A stretch of 64,000 nucleotides of DNA from Malacoraja senta (Eukaryota). Below are positions 24,155 through 37,134 of this stretch, one piece after another. Numbering within the stretch: the first letter of the stretch is position 1; each line of letters begins with the position of its first letter. Where the stretch lies: NCBI GenBank assembly GCA_038087875.1, contig CM076000.1:1054001-1118000 (forward strand). Reading direction: 5' to 3'. A program made the translations under genes and the position numbers. The notes below the pieces were generated by a model. The model saw nothing but the letters and a program-made list of their open reading frames with translations. It was not told where the DNA came from and searched no databases.

Positions 24155-24458
24155 GTTTAGTTTAGTTTAAAGATACAGCACGGAAACAGGCCCTTCGGCC
24201 CACCGAGTGCGTCAACCAGAGATTCCCGCACACTAACACTTTCCTACACACATTAGGGACAATTTTCGATTATACCAAGCCAATTAACCTACGTTTAGGT
24301 CTTTAAAGTGTGGGAGGAAACTGGAGCACCAGGAGAAAACCCACGCAGGTCACGGGGAGAACGTACAAACTCCATACAGACAGCACCTATAGACAGAATC
24401 GAACACGGGTCTCTAACGCCATAAGGCAGCAACTACCTCTGCGCCACCGTGCCGCCCT
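24155..24458 (-). mobile_element. V-SINE copy
   Basis: Reverse complement of the 23249-23563 family. Further minus-strand copies at ~10006-10255, 17975-18240, 19200-19520, 28143-28430, 47085-47195, 49530-49803 and 62990-63260. Confidence 0.85.
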
Positions 24459-25349
24459 AATGGTGACACTTTTTTTGCTGCTTTCTACCAGAAATCCTTT
24501 GAAGGATCACCCCATTATTATGTGATCTGGAAAATTCATACACACTGGAAGAACATAACATACTTATCCATAGTGCAATATGTCTACTAAAGCAGTTGAA
24601 CCTGGTTTCTATCTAGATTTACTACAAAAATCTCTAATAGAGGACAAAATTACTGTACATAATGTTTTGCAATCTATAGAGCAATTTGGGATGGTGATTA
24701 AAATACTGACTTTGAGATCCCCATCTAATTCCATATCTGAGTGCATATAATAATATATGTATCATTTTATTAGTTGTAGCATAATTGGAAAAAAATCATA
24801 ACTATTTCATTGCAGCAGAATCTTCTTGATAATTGATGTTCTTGATAATTGAGGATTTGTATATCTGTATTCTTCCCAGGTGACCTCACAGTGTTCCTGC
24901 GACATTTCATGAGATTAAAAATGATGGTTAAATTACTGATATTAAGGAATAACAGAGACTTAAGGAAGGCATTTTGAGTAGTGAGTTAATGGATATAGTT
25001 GGTAAGTTAGTGGTGAAATCTGGACCATTATATTTTGTTTTATTTTTACTAAAATAATACACTATATAATAAGTACTATATAAATACTAAAATACTTATT
25101 AAAGCAAAAATTATTTAAAAATTATCCTGGACAACGTTTTTATACTTTGACTTTAAGCTAAACTTAAGAAGGCAGGAACGGGATACTGATTGGGGATGAT
25201 CAGCCATGATCACATTGAATGGCGGTGCTGGCTCAAAGGGCCGAATGGCCTACTCCTGCACCTATTGTCAATTGTCTATTGTCTATTGTCTATAAACTTC
25301 AGTTTGTCAGAAGTAAATGAATTAATGAATAGCTCCTGCATTGATTTAT

Positions 25350-25447
25350 CAGTCTGAAGAAGGGTTTCGGCCCGAAACGTTGCCTTTTTCCTTTGCTCCA
25401 TAGATGCTGCCTCACCCGCTGAGTTTCTCCAGCATTTTTGTCTACCT
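25350..25447 (+). mobile_element. Short Penelope-derived retroposon with hammerhead-like core
   Basis: CTGAAGAAGGGTTTCGGCCCGAAACGTT from 25354; flanking direct repeat TTGATTTAT. Confidence 0.8.
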
Positions 25448-26667
25448 TTGATTTATTGACCATCTATTTAATCACAGTTTACTGTGGGAAACAATTTTGA
25501 TAAAGATGGAGGATTAAATGGGATTTAAAGATTTCATTTTGTTATGGTTAAAAGTGAAGCTTTTTAAATTTTTTATAGATGATGTAATTATTGTGATACA
25601 ATTGAAGGAGGGTGGTAGATATTTACATTCATTAAAATGCACGTTGTGTTATATGCCAGTCTTTTTATTTTGTGTGTCAGATGGAAAATTTTAGGTATGT
25701 TATCCAAACCTATATTGTATCTTCAATTATTTTATAAAATAAGGTGCGTGTGAAAATGGATGGAATTCCCAATACATAATGGCGGTCTTACTAATAATCT
25801 TTTGACCAATTATTTAATGTTTTATTTAATTATGAGTTGCGAGTTACAAAAGTGAAATGTAGCCTTGGAGGCCATGGTGCCAATATTATTATTATTTTGT
25901 TGTTGTTGATTTAAAGGCAAACATTCTTGTCTGGAACTAAAAGGGAAGTGCCTGTGATTGGAACTGGCAGCATTTCTCATCCAAAGTACCAGAATATCTC
26001 AGGCTCACATGTGAACACAAACGCTCACTGTTGTTGAGTACTGAAGTGTGTGCTACCTACGACGTGAAATTGCCACTGACCTCCTTACAGCATTTCCCCA
26101 ACTGATCGGCCAGTGAACCCCCAACGCAAATCTTCTGCATTCCCCCTGGTGCATATGCAGGAGAATCTGCTCAGCGCCGTTTAAAATCTAGCCTACAATT
26201 TGTGAGCTCATTCATTAGAGTGAGATTTTATGACTGTGAGGAAGAAGGGTAGGAGTAAGAAATTTGTTGTGTTTGATGTAAAGTTTTTAATTACTTAAAA
26301 CACTTTCAAACATTTTAAAAAGCTTTTATTTTTATTTTTAATGCATTTGACTTTTACGAGTTTTTAAGTTGCTTGTCCAGTCACCTAGCCCAGACTATTA
26401 CCACTCACTACAGTATGGTGTAATCTAAAGCCAAAACCTCTGAGCCCTGTGTGCTTTTTCCCCTCTTGCCACTCTGCCTATGGCAAATTTATAGCCTTCA
26501 CTCAGTTGTGTTCCAACTGGGGTAGAATGGTGAGTGTCAGCACAGGGCACAGAAAGGCATGTGGAAGACAGGCAGCAAATAAATGCATAATGGTGATTAT
26601 CCTATGGTGTTAACTACATCACTGAATTCCAATATGAAAGCCTTGGGCACATTGATGGATCTCATGG

Positions 26668-26762
26668 TCTGAAGAAGGGTTTCGGCCCGAAACGTTGCCT
26701 ATTTCCTTCGCTCCATAGATGCTGCTGCACCCGCTGAGTTTCTCCAGCATTTTTGTGTACCT
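26668..26762 (+). mobile_element. Short Penelope-derived retroposon with hammerhead-like core
   Basis: Same motif; 20-bp direct repeat TTGATGGATCTCATGGTCTG at 26652-26671 and 26763-26782. Confidence 0.82.
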
Positions 26763-29700
26763 TTGATGGATCTCATGGTCTGCCTGCTCTACCTGGTTCT
26801 AGGAAACATGACCAAGTCATAAAACATATTGTGCAGCAAATTTCCTTCAGCGTGTCGGTTCAGAGCAAAGCGGCTAGAATCAAATTTCAAAAGTGGAGAG
26901 CAACTTGGTGTTAGATATTATCATGAATCATTTGGTGGAAAAAAGCTTGAGAGCCAGTTCAATTTATCAGCGTAACTCTAGTAAAACAAAGCAGAGTCTG
27001 ATCAAATGGCTTTCAGCTATGTATCCATTCATCTTCCAAACTTCTGATTGCCCCAATCCTTCAAAAAACAGTTCTGTACTTGGAAAGTCCGCCACATTAA
27101 ACAAAGTTACAATCTTAGTTTGAAATATTTATGTCTTTGATGCTACAGTTCTTTAGTACATAGTACTTCAGATATATTGTTTTCCTGCCTTTTAATTTTG
27201 TAACTACACTATTCAATATTTAAAAATGTATACATGGGTGAATTTAAAGTTGTTATCAATTCTTCCTGCCTTTAGCACCTACTTTCTTTTTATTACAACT
27301 TGTATTGTAAAGCTGCTTGACACTCTTCTTGTGAACAGAATGTATTGAGAATAAGTAAACAAAGCCTTCTCATGTTTTTTTTTACTGTCTCCACTTTATA
27401 AACTTAATTTTTCTTATGGGTAGCATATTTCATATTCGGTTCAACTTCCTGTCTTCTCAATTCTCTTCCATTGGTTTCCAGTGGATTTATTTACCCTTTC
27501 AATTCTGCATGCATAATTACTTTATGGAAGGGGAAAAACTTTCAATTTTTACATTTTACTTTCTTCTATGAATAACACATTGTTTTCCTTCTCTCCCTGG
27601 GCTGTGATGAAATGTAAAAACCTCTTGCAAATAGCTTAAAAGCCTGTAGCTGTGTGTTCTGTATTTAAAAAGCAATTTTGAATATTGTCAGCATCATTTC
27701 AATCATTATTGTTTTGTCATTTGCTTTCACAATGTGACAAATTCATATTCACACATTGTGTTTACCACACTACTTTGCAAGCAATCTATTGCTATATTTA
27801 CTCAGTTAAGCATTCTCCGACAATCTAGTTCCAGGTGTTGATCAAATGACTTAAATCTAAACTTAATCCCTAATTAACCAACCTGTGGTTGGTATTTTAT
27901 TATCAATAAGGTTATCCAAAAAAGGTGCATCCTAATGTTGTAATCACTATTATATTTTACGGTTAGTGCAAGTGCTAAGGACAGACAAATGACAGACATT
28001 AAAAAATCTAGATTTTAAACCAGAATGGATTTTCCTCTCATTTAGAGAGGAATTCCTCATTCCTCTCATATCAAGATGGTTTGTGACTTGGAAAAGAACA
28101 CTAAGGTGATGGTATTTCATTGTACTTGTTTCCCTTGTCATTGTAGTTTAGTTTAGAGATTCAGCACGGAAGCAGGCCCTTCGACACACCAAGTCCGCGC
28201 CAGCCAACCATCCCCGCACACTAACACTATCCTGCACACTAGGGACAATTTACAATTTTACCAAGCCAATTCCCTATAAACCTACATGTCTTTTGAGTGT
28301 GGGAGGAAACCAGAGCAGGTCATGGGGAGAATGTACAAACTCCATACTGACATCATCCACAGTCAGTCTCGTACCCGGGTTCCTGGCCCTGTAAAGCAGC
28401 AACTCTACTGCTGCACCACTGTGCTGCCCATGTTAGAGTTGGTGGGGATCTTGATGTTGCTGTTTAAGTGTCCTTGGCAAGTTGCCGCCATGCACCTGCG
28501 ATTGAGTACACACTGAAAGGAAGGACACTTTTAACAGAGAGAGTGATGCTTATAACGTTGGTTGCGATGCCAGTCAAGCAACCTGCTTTGTTCTGAATGA
28601 CATTTAGTGTCTCCAGTTATGTGGAAACTGTAGTCATCCAAGCACATCTAATAATTAAGCATAAGAAATACAGCCAAGATATATATTGCTCTCAATTACT
28701 TTTATCTGTATTGCATTCATCTGTTAAGAATAGGTGATGCATGCAGCAATTTTTCTTTTAAAAAACATTTTTCCCATCTGGTTTCCATGTCTTACAAATT
28801 GTTGTTAAACATCATGACATTTGATTCAAATGAGGAAAGTAACTTGATGCATCTGTGCAGGATGCTTGGCAGTCATATATTTATCAGTATTTGGCAACAA
28901 GACGACTGTGGATTTATTTTCTTAGCTTGCTCATAGATGAGTAAAAAGCATCTCAATATTTTTATCAGGGTGCTCAGTGCCTGGAATAGTAGTGCAATCT
29001 GTTGATGCCACATCTCACTAAGCTGTCTCATGACAGCAAAGAACATTATTCATCTTCTTCAGCACAGGAGGAGAAACCCCCGATTTAAACCTGGGAGACT
29101 CGTGGAAGAGAGAGAAAATAATAATTCAAGCTGTTTTATGTTGCTCATGTTATACATTTTGCTGAATTACATTGTCAAAGTGCTTATAATACCTTTTATT
29201 ATCTTGTTTATGATGAACATATTGGCAGATGAACATGGCTTTACTGTATATTCATGCAAATAACAACAGAATAACATTATATAAACTTCAGTAAATCACA
29301 TGCAGCTGTAGTTTTGATCCTTTATTTAAAGACTGCATGGTGAAACAGATGCTTAGAAGAATCCTCTGGCATAAACACTGATGACCCTGATTAACTTTGT
29401 TCTCTTTGGCACAGCAGTACAGCTTGTTGTCTTTGTGAACCAAGCTTCATTATGCATCATGCACTGTACAAGGGTATTATGTGTGCTCAATGGTTTACAC
29501 ATTTTTTGTGAGTCATTCTCCAGCTTCCCTTTCTACTGTTGCACAGAAAAAACAATAATCACTTGTCCTGTCATGCTGGAGAGTTGCAAATTGCTCTTAC
29601 ATTATTAATTTCTATTAGACAGTTGTGTCGATATTTCAAATAGTTCTTTGGATACAAATGCCTCAGGGAACTTTTTCTTTCTATACTTTTTATGGCCCCT

Positions 29701-31356
29701 CAAGATTGTTCATGACTAGCCTTTAACAAACGTCACCTATTCCTTCGTTCCATAGATGCTGCCTCACCCGCTGAGTTTCTCCAGCATTTTTGTCTACCTT
29801 TAACAAACAAGATGATAACTTTAATGAATTACCTGTGACGCCAGGAGAGAAGATTAATAAAAGCCTGTGATGGTTGATATTTCAGTTTGACGGAGTATAT
29901 TTTTAAAACTAACTTTTCATCATAATTGGCCAGAGTTTAGTGCTGCAAAAAAACACCTGAAAATGATACAGCACATGTTTCATTAGGGCTGCCAAATCAC
30001 TCTTACGAATTCAATTAGTGCAAGGCTTTGTACAGTTCCAAATATTAATAGCGCATAACACTGGGACCTGCGCATAAATTGCAAATTACGACAGAGTGCT
30101 GGAGTAACTCAGCAGGTCAGGAAGCATTGCTGGATAACATGGATAAGTGATGTTTCGGATCAGGACTCTTCTTCAGATTGATTGAGGGAAAAGTGGAATA
30201 GAAGAGGGGCAGGACAAAGCCTATAGGTGATAGTTAAACACACAAGGTTTTTTTAATGCTTTTTTGATATATCTGCTACGCTATGTCCTGCCCCTCCACG
30301 CTTCCAGGTTTGTTCCCCCTCCTCCTTACAACCAGTCTGAAGTAGGGTCCCAACTCAGAACGTCACTTATCTATGTTCTCATGGCATGCTACTTGTCCCG
30401 GTGAATTACTCCAGCACTTTGAGTCTTTTTTTGTAAACAAGCATCTGCAGTTCCTTGTTTTACATGTTAATTTTCAGTGATTTGTTTGCAAAGCCACCCA
30501 GATCAACACCTTTCAGTCTCTCAGCATTTTAAAGTACTCTGTTTTTTAGTTCTATTGTTGTATGCCTGGATGTCTTTGGGTTAAGAATCACTAAAGGTTT
30601 GGTCAAAGAGACGTTACAATGAAAGTCTTAATATGAAATACCCTTTCTGAGGGACTTCAGGAGAGAATTTGAACTTGGTGCACTGTAAAGTAGTATGCAA
30701 ATATTGGAGTAATGTTGAGGGGCAGAGTTCGAGGAGCAGATGGGCAAGGGTAAGGAAGTGCGCAAACTGTGCACGGGACTTACGCAGAGACCAGAGGAAG
30801 CAGCTTGGGAAGTAATGGGTTTGGAGGATGGTACTGGAATAGGGGAAGTACTTCCTCTGTGACAGAATTTTTACTTTAAGGCATTAGGAATCAGCTAGAA
30901 GGCCAAGCATTTACTGCGTATTCTTGTAACTGTAGTATAATTGATACTAGAGTAGCTTAAGAAACAAGCAGTAGCTTAAGAGCCAAAAGTATCATCCTAT
31001 TGATGACTATTTTTGCACTACTGAAGATTGCACCACAATCTTTGCACCATTCTGCTGTTTTACACATATAACAGATGTATGTTTATCATTACAATGTATA
31101 CTATTTGTTCTCTGAGCTTCATTTGAACGAGGATTTTCAATGTTCCTTGGTGTACATGACAATAAACTAATCTGAACCTGAGGTGGCATTGCTTGCATGT
31201 GATATAGTGAGATTATTTCCTAATAGTGAGATAATTTTCATAAGGAGCCTGCAAAATAAAATTCACCAATTCACAATTCAGCAAACTAAGTGATCCCCTC
31301 AACATAACCATTCTTAACCACAACAAAGTTCTTCAGTCAGTCAGGAGAGCCTACAA

Positions 31357-31866
31357 ATTCTTGCTATTAAGGGAGTGCAGCGTAGGTTCACCAGGTTAAT
31401 TCCTAGGATGGAGGGAATGACATATGATGAAAGAATGGATCGATTGGGCTTATATTCACTGGAATTTACGATGTGAGGGGATCTTATAAAAACATATAAA
31501 TTCTTAAGGGATTGGATAGGGTAGATGCAGGAAAAATGTTCCTGGTGTTGGGGGGAGTCCAGAACCTGGGGTCACAGTGTAAAAATAAGGGGTAGGCCAT
31601 TTAGGACTGAGTTGAGGATAAACTTTTTCACCCAAAGAGTTGTGAATCTGTGGAATTCTCTGACACAGAAGGCAGTGGAGGCCAATTCACTGGATGTCTT
31701 CAAGAGAGAGTTAGATGTAGCTCTTAGGGCTAACGGAATCAAGGGATATGGGGAAAAGGCAGGAATAGGGTACTGATTTGGGATGATTAGCTGTGATCAT
31801 GTTGAATGGTGGTGCTGGCTCGAAGGGCTGAATGGCCTACTCCTGCACCTATTTTCTATGTTTCTA
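31357..31866 (+). mobile_element. CR1 3' fragment
   Basis: FFTQRVVNLWNSL...GIKGYGEKAG plus CR1 3' UTR. Confidence 0.88.
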
Positions 31867-33569
31867 AAGTGCATAATCCTCCTGGCATCCTGCTGTGCCA
31901 GCTCACCTACTCTGAATAACACATAAATGAATTCCTAATCCAATTTAATGGCTTGCTACAAAATCTCTGTACTTCCTGATGAGAGACCTCAACATAACAC
32001 ACTTCATCTGCGAGGATTTCATCTCTGCAGATGTAAACAGCTGTGTAGAAATCGCTCTGACATATCGCATGAGATCAAAAATTGCTTTCAACTGTCCCAT
32101 TGTTTGGATCTATCAATCCTGTAGCCTTCTGCAGATTATTCTTATAATGGAATTTGTCATCCTCTTGTTTATTTCAATAATCAATATAAAATACATCCAT
32201 CCTCAGTTGATCTCAAAATTATATGAAGTTGAAACTCTTTGAATGTATCAGATTACAAAACGTTCACTTGAATAAAATCCTATATACATTGTTTTTGGCG
32301 ATTCAGATTCGGAGTTAAATTTATTGAATAATGGCGGAATGTAATCTATATCAATGATACTGGAATGTGACCAATTACCTATAATTGTCCTAAATTCTTT
32401 TGTGTTTATGAATTGCGTATCCACAACATTCAGAGTTTTAATCCTCAATGTACTTTGGATAGCTTTCCTCCAGGAAATACAAAATAATGAAGTTCTCATC
32501 AAACATGTTCACAGTTTACTCTTATTTGGCTGAATGAACATTAGCTAGTCATGAAACAGTCATTGGCTCGTCATAAGAATGTTTGCACTATTCTTGCCTG
32601 ATAAATTTAGTCTTTGCGTCTTTATAAAGCCAATAAGGTTAGCAATACTTTGATTCCTAAAATTATCTTAGTGTGTGATGGGTTGGGTAGTTGGAAGTAG
32701 AGACAGACACATAGAGAAAGCCAGTATTAAAATTGCATTGCTACAAACTATGCTGCAAGTTCACAATTGTCATTTACTATTTTTCAAAGAAATTGGAATG
32801 AATAGCATACTGTAGAAAGACACTGTAAGTTTTTATTTCAAAGCAAACAAGATAACTTTGTAATTCTGCCATGGTTCTTCCAGCACTATGATCCAATATC
32901 AGAAGAATTCCTGTGAAAGATCAAGAAATTGTTAGTACGAGTTAAATTCTGTACAAATTGGCACATTTCTTTGTACTGTACTAACCATACTCAGAAACCT
33001 GGCTGCACCCCACGATGAATTTATCACCATTGTAAAATTGTTCATACATAAAGGTGATTATCCTGAAACGTTCAACTGTGCAAGCTGGAAAAACAGGGAT
33101 TGTACGGATGAAAATTACAGTAGACATTTTTTTAACCTATTTCTAGGACAGATAATACAATTTGTTAATATGGAATTATCTTTTGGGGGGAGCGTTTCTT
33201 TGAATGCCTTTTGTGTTTATCTGGCATCCAGCCTGCCCAAATAAGTGCAATGCCCAAACTTTGCCTGTATACAGCGATCTGGAAATGGTTTTGCCTCCAA
33301 TGCAATCCAATGCCACGTTGGTCTTGGTAATGACTCACAGAGAACTATTTTTCACTAATGCTGCAGATTCCTCAATTGAGTTATTTAAAGGGTCAGATAC
33401 ATTTGAGCTACATTCTTGGGCACAATTCTCTGAAAACAAACTTCTTGTAAAGTGTTTGCAAACTGAAATCTTGTCACCATGTCAGCATGTGATTTTTGCA
33501 GGATTCCCCTCAACGTTTAAAGGCTAGAAACACCAAGAGTAAAGAGAATATAAGTGATTACCTGTTCAT

Positions 33570-35246
33570 AATTAGCCAGAAAAAGCCAGAAAATTAGCCA
33601 GAAAAAGCCAGAAAATTAGCCAGAAAAAGCAGCATACCAGAGGACTGGGAGAAATTCAGAGACAAGCAGAGGAGGACAAAGGGCTTAATTAGGAAAGGGA
33701 AAATAGATTATGAAAGGAAACTGGCAGGGAACATAAAAACTGACTGCAAACGTTTTTATAGATATGTGAAGAGAAAGAGATTAGTTAAAACAAATGTAGG
33801 TCCCTTGCAGTCAGAAACAGGTGAATTGATCATGGGGAACAAGGATATGGCGGACCAATTGAATAACTACTTTGGTTCCGTCTTCAGTAAGGAAGACATA
33901 AATAATCTGCCGGAAATAGCAGGGGGCCGCGGGTCAAAGGAGATGGAGGAACTGAGTGAAATCCAGGTTAGTCGGGAAGTGGTGTTGGGTAAATTGAATG
34001 GATTAAAGGCTGATAAATCACCAGGGCCAGATAGGCTGCATCCCAGAGTACTTAAGGAAGTAGCTCCAGAAATAGTGGATGCATTAGTGATAATTTTTCA
34101 AAACTCTTTAGATTCTGGAGTAGTTCCTGAGGATTGGAGGGTAGCAAACGTAACCCCACTTTTTAAGAAGGGAGGGAGAGAGAAAATGGGGAATTACAGA
34201 CCAGTTAGTCTAACATCGGTAGTGGAGAAACTGCTAGAGTCAGTTATTAAAGATGGGATAGCAGCACATTTGGAAAGTGGTGAAATCATTGGACAAAGTC
34301 AGCATGGATTTACGAAAGGTAAATCATGTCTGACGAATCTTATAGAATTTTTCGAGGATGTAACGAGTAGAGTGGATAGGGGAGAACCAGTGGATGTGTT
34401 GTATCTGGACTTTCAGAAGGCTTTCGACAAGGTACCACATAAGAGATTAGGATACAACACATTCACGGTATTGGGGGTTCAGTATTGATGTGGATAGAGA
34501 ACTGGCTGGCAAACAGGAAGCAAGGAGTAGGAGTAAACGGGTCCTTTTCACAATGGCAGGCAGTGACTAGTGGGGTACCGCAAGGCTCAGTGCTGGGACC
34601 CCAGCTATTTACAATTTATATTAATGAACTGGATGAGGGAATTGAAAGCAACATCTCCAAGTTTGCGGATGACACTAAGCTGGGGGGCAGTGTTAGCTGT
34701 GAGGAGGATGCTAGGAGACTGCAAGGTGACTTGGATAGGCTGGGTGAGTGGGCAAATGTTTGGCAGATGCAGTATAATGTGGATAAATGTGAGGTTATCC
34801 ACTTTGGTGGCAAAAACGGGAAGGCAGACTATTATCTAAATGGTGGCCGATTAGGAAATGGGAAGATGCAGCGAGACCTAGAAACGTACAAAATTCTTAT
34901 GGGGTTGGACAGGCTAGATGCAGGAAAATTGTTCCCGATGTTGGGGAAGTCCAGGACAAGGGGTCACAGCTTAAGGATAAGGGGGAAATCCTTTAAGACC
35001 GAGATGAGGAAAAACTTTTTCACACAGAGAGTGGTGTATCTCTGGAACTCTCTGCCACAGAGGGTAGTTGAGGCCAGTTCATTGGCTATATTTAAGAGGG
35101 AGTTAGATGTGGCCCTTGTGGCTAAGGGGATCAGGGGGTATGGAGAGAAGGCAGGTACGGGATACTGAGTTGGATGATCAGCCATGATCATATTGAATGG
35201 CGGTGCAGGCTCGAAGGGCCGAATGGCCTACTCCTGCACCTATTTT
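33570..35246 (+). mobile_element. 5'-truncated CR1 LINE, same young subfamily
   Basis: RT ORFs 33766-34488 and 34485-35168 nearly identical to the 11.6-15.2 kb copy; internal deletion near 34878. Confidence 0.95.
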
Positions 35247-37123
35247 CTATGTATCTATGTATCTATAATATGAGAAATGATGGTAGTCTTACAACATTGA
35301 GGTTTCTGGCCACGCACTTGAATTACCCAGGCATAGAAGACAGTGGACGATGTGTTGATAACTGAGATGAACATAAATGGATAATTGATGGAAAGCATAG
35401 ACATGGGCCAAAGGCCTGCTTCAGTGTTGCATGGCTAAATAACCCCTTACAATAGAAAAATCCTTCCAAGGGCTTGGGCCCTGCAGTAGCCAGTGCAGGT
35501 TTTCTGTCCCTAGAGAGGCCAATGCCAGCTGTCTTCCAACTTGTGATCATGCATTCAATGTTTGTCCGTGTTCCCGGAAGCAGTGTTCTTCCAGCTTCCC
35601 AGCCTTAAGGGCTGCTTGCCAGGTCTGAGCTGTGAGGATACAGGCAAGTAGCATGAACATTTCAAATGGTAATGTCTGCTGTTCCTGAAGCAAAATAACG
35701 TTCAACAAAAGATCCTGATAGTCGTCAAGAGAGTTTTATTATCGCATGTCTCAAAACGGAAGAATGAAATTCTTACTTGCAGCAGCACAACAAATATCCA
35801 AATATAGTACTCTGTAAACATCATAATAAACAACAAATATAAGTTCAGTATATAAAAACACAAACAATAATAGTGCAAAGTGCAATAGTGTTATTTTTTG
35901 TACATGTGTTATTAAACTGGAGGGGGAGGATTGCCACTTGGAAATGTTTAAACTAATCTGGAGGGGTTGGGACCCATGGTAGTAATGCACCATATGAGAA
36001 ATCTGAAGCAAATATAGAGATTAAAGCAAGCAACTTCATTTGGCAGGCCAGGCAGAGGTGAGACAGGGAGTGTGGAAAATCTTATCGGCTAAACTGCATT
36101 TACTTTAATGCAAGAAGCCTCACTGCTGAGCAGCTGAACTCAGAGCATAGATCAGAACACGGAATTGTGATGGTTGTGGTATGGCCAGGAATGGCAGCAC
36201 AAAGTTCTGCGGTACCAGTGCTTCCGATATGAGAATGGTGGAGGTAAGAGATGAGGGGGAGTTGTATTATTTATTTTGGAGAATGGCAGGGAGATATACT
36301 GGTGAATCAGCCAGCAAGGCCATATATGTAGAACTTTCAAATAAAAAAACAGGTGATCAATTTGATGGGATTTTACTATAAAGCCCTTAAATAGTCAGCG
36401 GAGGCTTAGAGGAGTATATATATATATATATGGGGAAATCACAGATAGGTGTAAGAATAATAGGGTTGTACTAGTAGGTGATTAAATATTGACTGGATTG
36501 CCTAATATTGACTGGATAGTGTTGACTGCCCAGTGTTAAGGGATTAGATGGGACAGAATTTGCTACGTGTGTCCAGGAAGGTGTCTGAAACTATATGCAG
36601 ATGGCCTTACTAGAGAATGGGCTCTTAGGAACTGAGGCTAGGCAAATAGTTGACGTATCGGCACGGCAGCACTGTGCAACCAGTGACTATAACTCTGTTA
36701 GTTTCAAGATAGAGGAGATAGTTGAGGCACGTACTATACTACAACATTTAAAAGACATTTGGATGGGTGCATGGGTAGGAAAGGTTTAGAGGGATATGGA
36801 GCAAATGTGGGCTGGTGGGACCAGTGTAGATGTAGCATCTTGGTTGGCATGAGCAAGTTGGGCCGATAGGGCATGTTTCTGTGCTGTATGACTTTATAGT
36901 CATATGCATCCAATTCTTACTTTCCACTAAATTAAACATAGAAAAATATACATGATTGTGTGCAGAACAATTTTGCTATGAACCCCATTGTATTTTAAGC
37001 CTTTAATAGACATGCTATTAAGGAGAAAGATGGTCATGTGGTACTGCAAGTCTCCACCTAAATTAACCATCATAAACAGCTTAGTAAATGTCATTGCTAT
37101 CATATACCACTCTCTTTTTAAAC

Positions 37124-37134
37124 TGACCTACTTT
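37124..37134 (-). promoter_or_regulatory. Intronic RORE (intron 1)
   Basis: AAAGTAGGTCA on the minus strand in non-repeat sequence. Confidence 0.45.
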
